From an uncultured Verrucomicrobiae bacterium (GTDB lineage Bacteria; Verrucomicrobiota; Verrucomicrobiia; Chthoniobacterales; UBA10450), in the NCBI GenBank assembly GCA_963756875.1, contig CAVWPA010000003.1, forward strand, positions 864,001 to 928,000: a stretch of DNA of 64,000 nucleotides, written 5' to 3'. Below are positions 10,186 to 20,713 of this stretch, piece after piece. The position numbers were made by a program, and so were the translations under genes. Under the pieces are notes generated by a model, which was not told the DNA's origin, ran no database searches, and was given only the letters and a program-made list of their open reading frames with translations. Position 1 is the stretch's first letter. Every line of letters starts with the position of its first letter.

Positions 10186-10914
10186 GTGGAAACCAGGGTG
10201 CTCATCCTTAACGCGGATCCAGTCTTCCAGGACAGGGCGTTGGCTATTTTGGACGGACTCCAGAATTTGGAGATGCGGATCGCGCGCACGCTGTCCGAGT
10301 CGATCCTTGCGCTGCTGACTGAGAATTTCGATGCATTTCTAATTGAAGGAGAGCCGGATGCGGCAATTGACCAGGCGACGAATGTTCGACAGCACTTCCC
10401 ATCATTGAGGATTGCATGTTTGCTGGACGGCCAGCCCGGAGCGGAGCCCTTTTCGACGGCGGAGCAGCAGAAAATCGACTTGATTTTGCAGCCCCGAAGC
10501 GAGCGAAGCCTGCGCCGGAAGCTTGAAAGTTTCGTTCGTTCGGTCGATGACCATCCCGCGTCTTCGGTGGAAGGCGTTGACCCGTGTCATTCGCTGGTGG
10601 GCAATCTGAATCAGTTTTCAGCAGCTGAGATCCTGCAAATGAGCTGTTTGAGCCAGCGCAGCGGCCGTTTCATATTTAAGTCGGGCCGCGGGAACAGTGA
10701 GATTTACCTCCAGCATGGGGCGGTACGGCATGCGATTTTCGGTTCTCTCGAAGGCGAACCCGCTGTGGCGGAGATTTTCCGCTGGCGACAAGGCCGCTTT
10801 TATTTCGAAGAAGGAGTGATCAGCCAGATCCAGACGGTGGACAGGCCGTGGGCGCATCTGCTGATCGATAACCTGCAAAAGCTCGATGAGACGCTGGAGC
10901 TAGCGAGCGTTTAG
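10186..10914 (+). CDS. Receiver-like plus DUF4388 (PatA-N-like) domain protein
   Basis: N-terminal RVLIL...REC-like segment. C-terminal GNL..FS..EILQM...SG.F...GEIYL..G.V.HA...GE.AV.EIF.W..G.F.F. Confidence 0.7.
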   Translation: METRVLILNADPVFQDRALAILDGLQNLEMRIARTLSESILALLTENFDAFLIEGEPDAAIDQATNVRQHFPSLRIACLLDGQPGAEPFSTAEQQKIDLILQPRSERSLRRKLESFVRSVDDHPASSVEGVDPCHSLVGNLNQFSAAEILQMSCLSQRSGRFIFKSGRGNSEIYLQHGAVRHAIFGSLEGEPAVAEIFRWRQGRFYFEEGVISQIQTVDRPWAHLLIDNLQKLDETLELASV

Positions 10915-10926
10915 CCGCCGATCGCC

Positions 10927-11361
10927 ATGAGAAGCAAAGAATTGGAAACAAAACTTCGTCTAATCACTCTCCAGTTAGAGAGTTGGAAAAGATTGCACGA
11001 TCTGATCACGTACGGCCTGGACAAGGCGAAACCGATCATTTCGACCGAACAGGAGCGCCAGTTCACGGAGATCCGGGCCAATCTGTTGCAGGAGACCCAG
11101 CACGTTTTTCGGGAACTGGGCATTCTTGAGGAATTGTCCGGCAAAGCGATGAATGTATTACAGCGATGTGTATCGGTCCGCGGCGTGCGCGATCTCACCG
11201 GTGAGGATGTTCGCCGGCTTGAGACGGAGTGGAACGCAGTATTTACGAAATTGGGCGTTGTGCAGGGGCAGTTGAAGTCGCGACGGAAGCAGCTGGCCGG
11301 CCAGACGGCGGCTGCTTACTATCTGAGCCGGCTCCTTAAAAGACCGGCCGTGGCCTGCTAA
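10927..11361 (+). CDS. Hypothetical helical protein
   Basis: 144-aa ORF packed between neighbours on the same strand, coiled-coil-like composition. Confidence 0.7.
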   Translation: MRSKELETKLRLITLQLESWKRLHDLITYGLDKAKPIISTEQERQFTEIRANLLQETQHVFRELGILEELSGKAMNVLQRCVSVRGVRDLTGEDVRRLETEWNAVFTKLGVVQGQLKSRRKQLAGQTAAAYYLSRLLKRPAVAC

Positions 11362-11479
11362 TTTACGGAGGCGAGCCACGGTTCGCGCTGGTGGCGAGCA
11401 GCTTGGGCTGCAAAATTTCTCTTTCTTTGTCTAAATTTGCCACCACGTTTGTCATGGCGCACGATTCCTTCTTAGAAAT

Positions 11480-11815
11480 ATGGCAAAGCTTACCAAACGC
11501 GACATTGTCGTCTCGATCAGCAACCAAACCGGGATGGTCCAGCACCAGGTCTTCGACGTCGTTCAGCGCACGCTCGATAAGATCACAGATAGTCTGGCTA
11601 ACAACGTGGCAGTGGAGCTCCGAAATTTCGGCGTTTTTCAGCCGCGCCTGACCAAGCCGCGCGTTGGACGCAACCCGAACCAGCCGGGCAGCAGTTTCGT
11701 GATTCCGCCGCGAGCAACGGTGAAGTTCAAGGCCGGAAAAGTCATGCGCCAGCGTGTTGAAAAGCTTTCTCGGGAGCTAAAGGAAGTAGCGGAGCGGACG
11801 GCCGGCAGCCGATAA
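11480..11815 (+). CDS. HU/IHF family DNA-binding protein
   Basis: LTKRDIV, VELRNFGVF, RVGRNP, IPPRATVKFKAGK. Confidence 0.92.
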   Translation: MAKLTKRDIVVSISNQTGMVQHQVFDVVQRTLDKITDSLANNVAVELRNFGVFQPRLTKPRVGRNPNQPGSSFVIPPRATVKFKAGKVMRQRVEKLSRELKEVAERTAGSR

Positions 11816-11877
11816 CTTATAACCAGGACGGGCGCTGAGAGACTAAAGTCGTCTCGTCCCGACGCGCCGCCTGCCGG

Positions 11878-14364
11878 TCAGGGAATTGTTTCGGTTCCCA
11901 GTAAATTGCGGATCGCTTCGTCCAACCGCTCGAAGTTGATCGGCTTGGTCAGGTGATCGGAGAAGCCGGCCGCGCGCGCCTTGGTCACGTCGTTCTCCAT
12001 GCCGAAGCCGGTTAACGCGATTCCGCGCAATCCCTTGCTTTCACTTAACTCGCGCATGAGTTCGTAACCGCTCCGATCAGGCAAACCGATGTCGCTGATC
12101 AACAGATCGAAATCCTGTTGCTGCGCTTTTTCCACGGCCTGATCGGCCGAGTGTGCAATCGTGATCCGGTAACCGCGCCGCTCCAGCATCATTTTCATTC
12201 CCGTGCATGTGTCGGCGTGATCATCCACAACCAGGACACGGCGGGGCGGCCGCACGTCATCTTTTCCTTTCGGTTCAGCCGGGCCTTTCCGGTCGCCCCT
12301 GGAGACGGGGGCGGCGACCGTCTTGAGTTTGACCACGAAGGTAGTGCCCAAGTCTTTTCCTAGACTCTCCGCGCTGATTTTGCCCCGATGCGCTTCCACC
12401 ATCGCCTTGGAGATGGCGAGTCCGAGTCCCAGGCCGCCAAACCGTCGTGTGATGGAGCTTTGGCCCTGCTCGAAAGCGTGGAAAACCTTGCCAATCTTTT
12501 CCTGGTCGATCCCTATCCCGGTGTCGGAAATTCTGATCTCGATTTCTCCCGGTGTGGGATTTTGCGTTGCAATCGTGATTCGTCCCCTGGCTGGCGTGAA
12601 TTTCACGCTGTTCTTAATCAGGTTCCAAAAGACCTGTTGCAGACGGGCCGGGTCGCCTTCGATATGCGCCTCTTCCGCGTTGAGTCGAAATTGCACTTCC
12701 AGATCCTTGGCGGCAATTTCCTCTTCGCAGATTTCGTAGGCTCGCCGTAAAATTTCGTGTGCGCTGACAGTTTCGAAAGTGAGCTGCAACTTCCCCTTGG
12801 CGATTCGCGTGACGTCGAGCAAGTCGTCGATCAAGCGTGCTTCCAGTTCGACATTGCGCCGGATCACTTCGAGCGCCTGCTGGATCCTGGGCGAGTCAGG
12901 CGCATCGGCCTCAAGCTCGCCCACCATCGCAATGACCGGAGTCAGCGGATTGCGTAATTCGTGGGAAAGAAGCGCAAGAAATTGGTCCTTGGCGGCATTG
13001 GCATTGATGAGTTCCTGGCGCAAAGCCACGTCGCGCGTTTTGTCTTCTACGAGGTAAAGAACTCCTTGAATATTCTGCCGCGCCCCTTGCAATCGCAGCA
13101 GATGAACGTTCACAAAGTGCGTCATGCCTCCCTTGTCTTTGAACGGGTGTTCGATCAGCTGGAACGGCGTGCCGAAGGAAAGAACTTTCTCGATTGTATC
13201 GGCGGGCGCGATTTTCACTTCGTCATATGTTGCGTCCATGATGTCGCGACGAGTGGCGAAGTCTCCAAATCGCTGCGCCATGTGGGCAAATGCTTCATTC
13301 GCCTGAAGAAAGCGACGCGAGGTCGGGTGGACAAATGCGATGCCGATCGGCATGTTGGCCAGAATTTTCTCGTTAAAGATAACTTCACGCTCGATCCGGC
13401 GCGCCGCTTCGGTCTGGCGCCGGTAAAATTTACCACTTAGCCAGGCGAAGATGGCCGTGAGGGCCATCAGCCACATGGCGAGCACGGTGATTCGACTACG
13501 CCAATCGTACACCGATCTAAAGGCGATGGCTTTTGGCTGCTCAACCAGCGCCACCCATTTCGTCGTTTCGATTGGGCTGAATGAAATGAGATCCCCATGC
13601 TTCTCCAGATGACCGGCTTTGTTCGGCTGGATCTCCTTGATCAAACTTGCGCGGGCCCGTGGCGGTCCGACAGGTTTCGGCCTCAGGTCGTTACTGAAAA
13701 GGGCCTGCCCGGTTTGATCGAGAATCTGACAGATGAGTTGATCGGAAAACTGGACCATCGACAGGCGGCGCCCAATTCTTTCGACCAGGACGGATACCCC
13801 AAGATAGCCAACAATCGTCCGATCGGGCGTCCGCACGGCGCCGACAATATCGGTCACCATGCGTTTGTCAGAAAAGCGCGGATGCACAGGCGAGACGTAC
13901 GTTTCGCTCGACGCGCTGGCTTGTTGGCGCCAAAGACTTGCACCGAAATCCTTTCCGATCATCGTCGGGTTGGCTGGAACCGATGAGATCAATCGCCCGT
14001 CGGTTCCCGCCAGGAACATTCCGTCGATGCGAGGATGGGAATAAAATGTAGACCCGAGCCATTGCTGCCCCGCAAGCTCCGGATTCGGCCCGGTCAGGAT
14101 CTTCGCGACCTCGGGAGAGGTCTGATAGTATTCGATGATGCCGCTGGTCCGGCCCAGGTCGTCACCGACCAGGTGCCCGATCAGCTGTACAAAGGCCTGA
14201 CGATCGCGCAGAATTTTGGATTCCAGCGTGCTGCTGAGAATGGTATAGGAGAGCCATAACATCAGGATGGAGGGGACCCATCCGGCCAGCAGTATTGCAA
14301 AGACAATATTGAAGCGGTCGAACCGATTGTGCGCGGATTTCTCTACTAGGTTTGGCAGGGGCAT
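11878..14364 (-). CDS. Hybrid sensor histidine kinase (Cache-like, PAS, HisKA, HATPase, REC)
   Basis: Two TMs flank a periplasmic Cache-like domain. LSHELRNPL H-box, NSVKFT, DTGIGI, GGLGLGL, receiver VLVVDD...SDIGLPD...KP. Confidence 0.93.
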   Translation of the reverse strand: MPLPNLVEKSAHNRFDRFNIVFAILLAGWVPSILMLWLSYTILSSTLESKILRDRQAFVQLIGHLVGDDLGRTSGIIEYYQTSPEVAKILTGPNPELAGQQWLGSTFYSHPRIDGMFLAGTDGRLISSVPANPTMIGKDFGASLWRQQASASSETYVSPVHPRFSDKRMVTDIVGAVRTPDRTIVGYLGVSVLVERIGRRLSMVQFSDQLICQILDQTGQALFSNDLRPKPVGPPRARASLIKEIQPNKAGHLEKHGDLISFSPIETTKWVALVEQPKAIAFRSVYDWRSRITVLAMWLMALTAIFAWLSGKFYRRQTEAARRIEREVIFNEKILANMPIGIAFVHPTSRRFLQANEAFAHMAQRFGDFATRRDIMDATYDEVKIAPADTIEKVLSFGTPFQLIEHPFKDKGGMTHFVNVHLLRLQGARQNIQGVLYLVEDKTRDVALRQELINANAAKDQFLALLSHELRNPLTPVIAMVGELEADAPDSPRIQQALEVIRRNVELEARLIDDLLDVTRIAKGKLQLTFETVSAHEILRRAYEICEEEIAAKDLEVQFRLNAEEAHIEGDPARLQQVFWNLIKNSVKFTPARGRITIATQNPTPGEIEIRISDTGIGIDQEKIGKVFHAFEQGQSSITRRFGGLGLGLAISKAMVEAHRGKISAESLGKDLGTTFVVKLKTVAAPVSRGDRKGPAEPKGKDDVRPPRRVLVVDDHADTCTGMKMMLERRGYRITIAHSADQAVEKAQQQDFDLLISDIGLPDRSGYELMRELSESKGLRGIALTGFGMENDVTKARAAGFSDHLTKPINFERLDEAIRNLLGTETIP

Positions 14365-14430
14365 TACCGCTCGATTTCCTGGGAAATAGATAGCATATCC
14401 TTGGCCGACCTGCCGCTATTGCCGACGCCC

Positions 14431-15312
14431 TCAATCGACTTGTCGAATGGCGTCCTCGGCCAGCTGGGCCTGCATCCGAATGGCCCGCACATCGGCAGGC
14501 GTTAATTCGCCGGAAGCTGCCGCCTTGGTGATGGTCGTGTGGATCACATTGACAGCTGCCCGAATTTTCTCAAACAGCGGAGCGTGAATCAGACCAGGCG
14601 GCAGCGTTGTCAGCTCATCGGTAAAATAATCCGCCAAATCCCGTTTCACCAAGAGCCGGGCACGTTGCGGAGAGTAATTTGCCTCGACGGCACCGGCGCT
14701 GATCTCCAGGCCCCGGAGCCAACCGCCCAGACTGATCAGATGCGCCATTTTTTCGTCACGGAGCTCAATCATTGCTTCTTCGACATCGGCCTGTGTTGCA
14801 GTCAATTCCTTCCGGACGCCCGACCAATCTCCGCGTTTGCCCAATTCCGTGAGGCTGGCGCTGTGGCGCATCACGCGATCGGCCACTCCCAGGCCGCGTG
14901 CTTCTCGTATGAGAACGCGGCCCAAGTCATCGACCATGTTCTTCTTTTCCGCCTCGACGATGAGAAACCCGTCGGCGACAAGGCCACCGAAGATCAGGCC
15001 CTTTTGTTCGCGACTGGCGGAAAGCGGGCCTGGAAAATCGCGCTTGAGTTGATCAAACGAAAGCGGCCTGAGCTCGTCGAGTGTTTGAAAGATGCGTGCA
15101 ATGGATGGCGCGGTGTAAGCGTTTACGCCTAGTTCCTCCCGTTCGTGACCTTCGGTTTCGGACGGTATTTCCTGTGCGGATGCGGTCCCCCATCCGGCGA
15201 CAAGTCCGGCGAGCAGGATCAATAATGAGCTTTTTCCCAGGCCCGGGAGAGTCGTGAAACCGTGCTTTGGTTTAGAACGTCGATCGCGATTTGAGGCGGT
15301 TTTCGCAGGCAT
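14431..15312 (-). CDS. Hypothetical exported or membrane-anchored helical protein
   Basis: Hydrophobic signal-like segment LLILLAGLVAGWGTASAQ. The longer ORF-track call is a shadow of the GT2 gene. Confidence 0.7.
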   Translation of the reverse strand: MPAKTASNRDRRSKPKHGFTTLPGLGKSSLLILLAGLVAGWGTASAQEIPSETEGHEREELGVNAYTAPSIARIFQTLDELRPLSFDQLKRDFPGPLSASREQKGLIFGGLVADGFLIVEAEKKNMVDDLGRVLIREARGLGVADRVMRHSASLTELGKRGDWSGVRKELTATQADVEEAMIELRDEKMAHLISLGGWLRGLEISAGAVEANYSPQRARLLVKRDLADYFTDELTTLPPGLIHAPLFEKIRAAVNVIHTTITKAAASGELTPADVRAIRMQAQLAEDAIRQVD

Positions 15313-15399
15313 CCGTGCCAATTTTTGATTTGACGCCTGCGGAGGAAACGCCATCATGCGCCGATGCTGCCTTAACCATCGGCAGCTCCTAGAAGCCTT

Positions 15400-16908
15400 A
15401 TGCAAGGAAGCCTCGGCTATATCATTTGGACGGTTTGTTATCTCGCTGTGCTCATCGGTCTGTCCGCCTACGGGGTGCATCGTTATTTCATCATCTATCT
15501 CTTCCTCAAAAACAGGAAACGCAAGGCTGTGCCGTCCCGTCAGTTCGAGCAACTGCCCAAGGTGACGATGCAGCTCCCCATCTTCAATGAAATCTACGTG
15601 GTCGAGCGCCTGCTTCGGTCCGTCAGCGAGCTCGATTACCCAAGGGATCTGCTGCAAATTCAGGTACTCGATGATTCTACGGATGACACTCGCGAAGTGA
15701 CCGCCTCGTGCGCCGAGGAACTGCGCCGGCGCGGTTTCGATGTCCAGCTGATTCAGCGCGTGGACCGGACCGGATTCAAAGCGGGCGCTCTGGAGGCGGG
15801 GCTCGATGCCGCCGACGGCGACTTTGTCTGCATTCTCGATGCGGACTTCGTGCCGCCCCCCGATTTGCTGCAGCGGACCGTTCATTTCTTCACCGATCCC
15901 AAGGTGGGAATGATTCAGACCCGCTGGGGGCACTTGAACCGCAGCTATTCACTGCTGACGCGCGTTCAGGCCATGTTTCTTGATGGCCACCTGCTTTTGG
16001 AGCAAACGGCGCGCAGCCGGAGCGGACGGTTCTTTAACTTCAACGGGACTGCCGGTCTCTGGCGCCGTTCATGTATCGTCGAAGCCGGTGGCTGGCAGCA
16101 CGATACGCTGACCGAAGACCTTGATCTCAGCTACCGCGCACAACTCGCGGGATGGAAATTTATTTTCCTGCCCGACGTAGTGACTCCGGCTGAGTTGCCG
16201 GTGGATATGAATGGCTTCAAATCTCAGCAGCATCGCTGGACAAAAGGCTCGATTCAAACCTGCAAGAAGCTTCTGCCTCGAATCTGGCGGAGCCGGTTAC
16301 CGTTCCCGATCAAACTGGAAGCCACCGGCCACCTCATTTCAAACTTTGCCTACCTGCTGCTCGCGTGTTTGTGCGTGCTTTTGCACCCATCGGCCGGAGG
16401 ACCGCAATCCGGCTGGGTACGTACGCTCCTGATTGACGTTCCGATTTTTTTAACGGCGTCGGTCTCGGTTACGGTATTTTATATCTGCGCCCAACGCGAA
16501 CTTCACCCGCGTACATGGATGCGGGACATCCTGTTGCTTCCCTGCCTGCTCGCGCTTGGCATTGGCCTTTCGTTGAATAACGCGCGCGCCGTGCTCGAAG
16601 CGATCTTCAACCACCATTCCGATTTTACCCGGACACCGAAATACGGCATCGAACGGAAATCGCAGCCGTGGCGACGTTGCAAATATCGGCCGCACAAATC
16701 GATACTGCCTCTCGCTGAAATGGCGTTCGCGATTTATTTTAGTTACTTCGTCTGGTTCTCGCTGGTGCATCGGCAATTCCTCTCGGTACCGTTCCTGCTT
16801 TTGTTCCAGGTTGGCTTTCTCTATGTGGCGCTTTGCTCACTTGTCCCACCCTGGTGGCCAAAATTCAGTTTCGGCGGGTCACGGGCGCCTGCTGCAATTC
16901 CTGCGTGA
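15400..16908 (+). CDS. GT2 processive glycosyltransferase (cellulose synthase-like / glucomannan synthase type)
   Basis: QLPIFNE, DDSTD, GFKAGAL, DADF, TEDLD and QQHRW (D,D,D,QxxRW), plus TM helices. Confidence 0.9.
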   Translation: MQGSLGYIIWTVCYLAVLIGLSAYGVHRYFIIYLFLKNRKRKAVPSRQFEQLPKVTMQLPIFNEIYVVERLLRSVSELDYPRDLLQIQVLDDSTDDTREVTASCAEELRRRGFDVQLIQRVDRTGFKAGALEAGLDAADGDFVCILDADFVPPPDLLQRTVHFFTDPKVGMIQTRWGHLNRSYSLLTRVQAMFLDGHLLLEQTARSRSGRFFNFNGTAGLWRRSCIVEAGGWQHDTLTEDLDLSYRAQLAGWKFIFLPDVVTPAELPVDMNGFKSQQHRWTKGSIQTCKKLLPRIWRSRLPFPIKLEATGHLISNFAYLLLACLCVLLHPSAGGPQSGWVRTLLIDVPIFLTASVSVTVFYICAQRELHPRTWMRDILLLPCLLALGIGLSLNNARAVLEAIFNHHSDFTRTPKYGIERKSQPWRRCKYRPHKSILPLAEMAFAIYFSYFVWFSLVHRQFLSVPFLLLFQVGFLYVALCSLVPPWWPKFSFGGSRAPAAIPA

Positions 16909-16939
16909 CAAAACGCGGAATTGGAGTAAATCAACGCGC

Positions 16940-17632
16940 ATGTTGCGCCCCCCCCTCGTGCTTGTCGCCCTGTTCGCGTCTGCTTCATTCGCCCATGGCG
17001 GTGCACTCCTGCCCGACCCTGGGAACCGTATCGTTGTCAGCGTCCGCGACCAAAAGCTGATGTTGGTAAGAAACGGTGCGAAGGTTGCCACGTACCCGGT
17101 TTCCACGTCCAGGTTCGGCCTCGGCGACGCGTGGGGCCGAATGACTACGCCTCTCGGGTTTCTTCAGGTGGTGCGGAAAATTGGCGATAACGCGCCCGCG
17201 GGAGCGGTGTTTCACAATCGCCGCTGGACCGGTGAAGTGTTGCGTCCGAATGCGCCAGGGCGCGATCCCATCGTCACGCGCATCATCTGGCTGCGTGGCC
17301 TGGAAGCGTCTAACGCGCACGCATTCAGCCGGTGCATTTATATTCACGGCACGCCGCAGGAGAAAAATATCGGTCGACCGGCGAGCTACGGCTGCATCCG
17401 AATGAAGTCGAAAGATGTCGCGTCGCTTTATAATCAAATACCCCTCGGTACCATCGTTCAAATTGTGCCCGGACGTTTGCCAAAGCCGGCGAAGGCCGCT
17501 GCCACTCCCGTGGGTTCAGTGCTGCGCGCCAGTTTCTCCGATGCCAGGGCGGCTTCGTCCGCCGGCGAGAAGAAATCGCACAGAACTGCGGCCCGAAAAA
17601 AATTAATCGCTTCCCGTCATCGCGACACCTGA
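16940..17632 (+). CDS. L,D-transpeptidase (YkuD domain), exported
   Basis: Signal peptide, YPVSTS, TPLG, IYIHGT...SYGCIRM catalytic motif. Confidence 0.92.
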   Translation: MLRPPLVLVALFASASFAHGGALLPDPGNRIVVSVRDQKLMLVRNGAKVATYPVSTSRFGLGDAWGRMTTPLGFLQVVRKIGDNAPAGAVFHNRRWTGEVLRPNAPGRDPIVTRIIWLRGLEASNAHAFSRCIYIHGTPQEKNIGRPASYGCIRMKSKDVASLYNQIPLGTIVQIVPGRLPKPAKAAATPVGSVLRASFSDARAASSAGEKKSHRTAARKKLIASRHRDT

Positions 17633-17706
17633 TCTGGGCGCGATCCGAATCTTGACAATCCGGCTCTGTTCAACGAGCCTCCACGCCCGTTCATTTTTTC
17701 CGACTC

Positions 17707-17959
17707 ATGGCGAATACAAAATCCGCAGCAAAACGCGCCCGGCAATCTCTCAAGCGCTCGCTCCATAACCGGGGAGTGCGCACGAGGCTGCGTACAGTTA
17801 CAAAAGCGTTCGCGGGCCGCCGCCGGGGATCGAAAAGAGATTCAAGCGTTGATCTCGGCCATCGACAAAGCGGCAAAGCGCGGCATCATTCATCGAAATG
17901 CGGCCATTCGCCGCAAGGCCCGGCTCAATAAAATCATCGCCGCGGCCGGTCGAAAGTAG
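17707..17959 (+). CDS. rpsT: 30S ribosomal protein S20, with an apparent +1 frameshift near 17798
   Basis: MANTKSAAKRARQS, then in the shifted frame IDKAAKRGIIHRNAAIRRKARL. Length 253 nt = 3n+1. Confidence 0.9.
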
Positions 17960-18064
17960 CTTCTCCCGTTTCATTTCGTAAAGTTGGGAAGGCCGGCGAT
18001 TGTGGGCTCGGAATTTGCCAAACTGGGCTTTGCATATCGCACAGGACGGATAGATTCTTGGCCG

Positions 18065-18652
18065 ATGATTCCTGCGCTTTTTCTCGTCGCCTCAGTGGTG
18101 ATCTATCGGATCGCCACGGGACTTCTCATTCATTCCGGAACAACCTGGTTGTCGAATTTTGCTCCGCTTGCCGCGATCGCGTTGTGCGGCGCCGCTTATT
18201 TTCCGTGGAAAATGAAATTCTCCGTTCCGCTGATCGCTCTTTTCGCCTCAGACGCGGTTCTTAATTATCATTACGGCGTCTCTCTGTTCGACCCTCACAT
18301 TCTTTCCCGCTATCTGGCTTTGGCGCTTGTTGGTTGCCTGGGACTTCTGCTGCAAAACCGCGCATCGCTCAAAACTCTGCTCCCGGCCTCGATCGCCGGG
18401 TCGATTGTTTTCTATTTTATCACAAATCTCTTTTCGTGGCTGAGTGATCCCGGATACTTGAAAAATCTCGCAGGCCTGATGCAGGCGTTGACGGTAGGCC
18501 TGCCTGGGTACAGCGCGACACCGACCTGGATGTTTTTCCGCAATTCGCTACTGAGCGATCTCTTCTTCACGCTGCTCTTTGTTGCAGCGATTCATTTTGG
18601 GCGAAACACCGGCCGGGTGCGCGCCGGAGCTGCATTGCCTGGCGTCGCGTAA
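18065..18652 (+). CDS. Membrane protein, DUF6580 / ECF S-component-like
   Basis: NFAPLAAIALCG, SD, FY.ITN...W, TVGLP, FRNSLLSDL; about six TMs. Confidence 0.7.
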   Translation: MIPALFLVASVVIYRIATGLLIHSGTTWLSNFAPLAAIALCGAAYFPWKMKFSVPLIALFASDAVLNYHYGVSLFDPHILSRYLALALVGCLGLLLQNRASLKTLLPASIAGSIVFYFITNLFSWLSDPGYLKNLAGLMQALTVGLPGYSATPTWMFFRNSLLSDLFFTLLFVAAIHFGRNTGRVRAGAALPGVA

Positions 18653-18659
18653 ACGTCTG

Positions 18660-19631
18660 ATGCAGCGGCCCGAGCAACGCGACGAGGTCGAGATGCTCGC
18701 GCTGATGCTGTTGATTCGACGTTTCGAAGAGCGCGCGAGTCAGCAATATCAGGCGCAGAAGATCGGCGGCTTTTGCCATCTTTATATCGGCCAGGAGGCT
18801 GTCGCAGTGGGCGCGGTCGCGGCCACTCGCCCAGACGATTACATCATTACCGCTTACCGCGATCACGGCCATGCTCTCGCGCGCGGCACGAGCGCAAACG
18901 CCTGCATGGCGGAACTTTTCGGCAAGGAGACCGGCTGCTCGCGCGGTCTCGGCGGTTCCATGCACTTTTTCGACAAGGAACATCACATGTACGGTGGGCA
19001 TGCGATCGTCGGGGCGCACGTTCCGCTCGCTGCCGGGATGGCTTTCGCCTCAAAATATCGTGGAGAAGATCGCGTGACGCTTTGCTTTTTCGGCGATGGC
19101 GCGATCAATCAAGGTTCGTTTCACGAAGCGCTCAATCTCATCGCTCTTTACAAACTGCCCGTGGTCCTGGTCTGCGAGAATAATTTGTTCGCAATGGGCA
19201 CGTCCGTGAAAAGATCCACCGCGTTGAAGCAGATCGTCGATCGGGCCGAAGGTTACGACATCCCCGGCGAGGTGGTCGACGGAATGAATTTTCGGGAAGT
19301 GCGCGATAAGCTGGCTGAAATCATCGAGTCGATCCGCAAAGAAGCGCATCCGGCCTTTGTCGAAGTACGCACCTACCGGTATCGCGGTCATTCCATGTCC
19401 GATCCGGCGAGTTATCGGACAAAAGATGAGCTGGAAAAATATCGGTTGGACGACCCGATTATCCGCCTGCGCGCGCAACTGACTCGCGAAGGGACGCTAA
19501 CCAACGAGCAGTTCGACAAGATCGATAAACAGGCGAAAGAAACGGCGCTCGAAGCGGTCACATTCGCGGAGAAAAGCGCCGATCCGCCGTTGGCGAAGCT
19601 TTACGATTACGTTTATGCCAACGGAGCGTAG
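18660..19631 (+). CDS. pdhA: Pyruvate dehydrogenase E1 alpha
   Basis: GFCHLYIGQEA, YRDHG, GGSMH, GDGA..QG TPP motif, YRYRGHSMSDP. Confidence 0.95.
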   Translation: MQRPEQRDEVEMLALMLLIRRFEERASQQYQAQKIGGFCHLYIGQEAVAVGAVAATRPDDYIITAYRDHGHALARGTSANACMAELFGKETGCSRGLGGSMHFFDKEHHMYGGHAIVGAHVPLAAGMAFASKYRGEDRVTLCFFGDGAINQGSFHEALNLIALYKLPVVLVCENNLFAMGTSVKRSTALKQIVDRAEGYDIPGEVVDGMNFREVRDKLAEIIESIRKEAHPAFVEVRTYRYRGHSMSDPASYRTKDELEKYRLDDPIIRLRAQLTREGTLTNEQFDKIDKQAKETALEAVTFAEKSADPPLAKLYDYVYANGA

Positions 19632-19723
19632 ACTTGTCGTCTGTGCAGCCAATGGCGTGGCAGCCGGCTGCTGCAGCGGTTTCGCTCTGCAGAACGCGGC
19701 ACTCGGGATGATCACATAGTGCC

Positions 19724-20707
19724 ATGAGAGAAATTACCTATCGTCAGGCGCTCAATGAAGCGCTCGCTGAAGAGCTCGAGCGTGATCCGAACGTCTTTCT
19801 CATGGGAGAAGAGGTAGCTGAATATAACGGGGCCTACAAAGTAAGTCAGGGCTTGCTGGAACGCTTCGGTCCCAAACGCATCATCGATACGCCCATCAGC
19901 GAGAATGGCTTTGCCGGACTTGGCGTTGGCGCGGCGATGGTTGGCCTGCGTCCGATCATCGAGTTCATGACGTTTAGCTTTTCATTGGTGGCGTTCGACC
20001 AGGTGGTGAATAACGCTCCCAACATGTTCACGATGTCTGGCGGCCAGTTCAATATCCCAATCACGTTTCGTGGTCCCAATGGCCCTGCGCATCAGCTCGC
20101 GGCCACGCATTCCCACGCCACGGAGCCATGGTACGCCAACGTGCCGGGCCTCAAAGTATGTACGCCGGCCACCCCGCGCGACGCCAAAGGCCTTTTGAAA
20201 ACAGCGGTGCGCGACGACAATCCGGTGCTGGTGCTCGAAGCGGAGCTTCTCTACAGCTCCAAGGGATTGGTCGAACCACCGGACCAGGAGCTGCTGATTC
20301 CGCTCGGTGAGGCCGAAGTGAAGCGCGAAGGCGGCGATGTGTCGATCATCTGCTACGCGCAAACCGTTCCACTGGCTCTGGCGGCGGCCGCACAGCTCGA
20401 AGAGGAGGATATTTCCGCCGAGATTATCGATCTCCGCTCGATCAAGCCGCTCGACGAACGCGGGATTTTCAATTCGGTCGCAAAAACACATCGCGCCGTG
20501 GTGGTGGAACAAAACCGGCCTTTTTGCGGGGTGGGTGCGGAAGTTTGTTACCGGATTCAGAAAAATATCTTCGATGAGCTCGATGCGCCGGTTCTGCGCG
20601 TTTCACAGGAGGATGTGCCGATTCCTTACAACGAAAAATGGGAAGAGGCCGTCCTGCCGAACATGGACAAACTAATCGCAGCGGTGAAAAAGGTCTGCTA
20701 CGCATAA
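19724..20707 (+). CDS. pdhB: Pyruvate dehydrogenase E1 beta
   Basis: GEEVAEYNGAYK, DTPISE, EFMTFSF, FRGPNG, HS. Confidence 0.95.
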   Translation: MREITYRQALNEALAEELERDPNVFLMGEEVAEYNGAYKVSQGLLERFGPKRIIDTPISENGFAGLGVGAAMVGLRPIIEFMTFSFSLVAFDQVVNNAPNMFTMSGGQFNIPITFRGPNGPAHQLAATHSHATEPWYANVPGLKVCTPATPRDAKGLLKTAVRDDNPVLVLEAELLYSSKGLVEPPDQELLIPLGEAEVKREGGDVSIICYAQTVPLALAAAAQLEEEDISAEIIDLRSIKPLDERGIFNSVAKTHRAVVVEQNRPFCGVGAEVCYRIQKNIFDELDAPVLRVSQEDVPIPYNEKWEEAVLPNMDKLIAAVKKVCYA

Positions 20708-20713
20708 TTTCTC

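Noticed and set aside
15313..15933. N-terminal extension of the 14431..15933 ORF
   Set aside because: It overlaps the well-supported GT2 gene on the opposite strand. The real start is near 15312.
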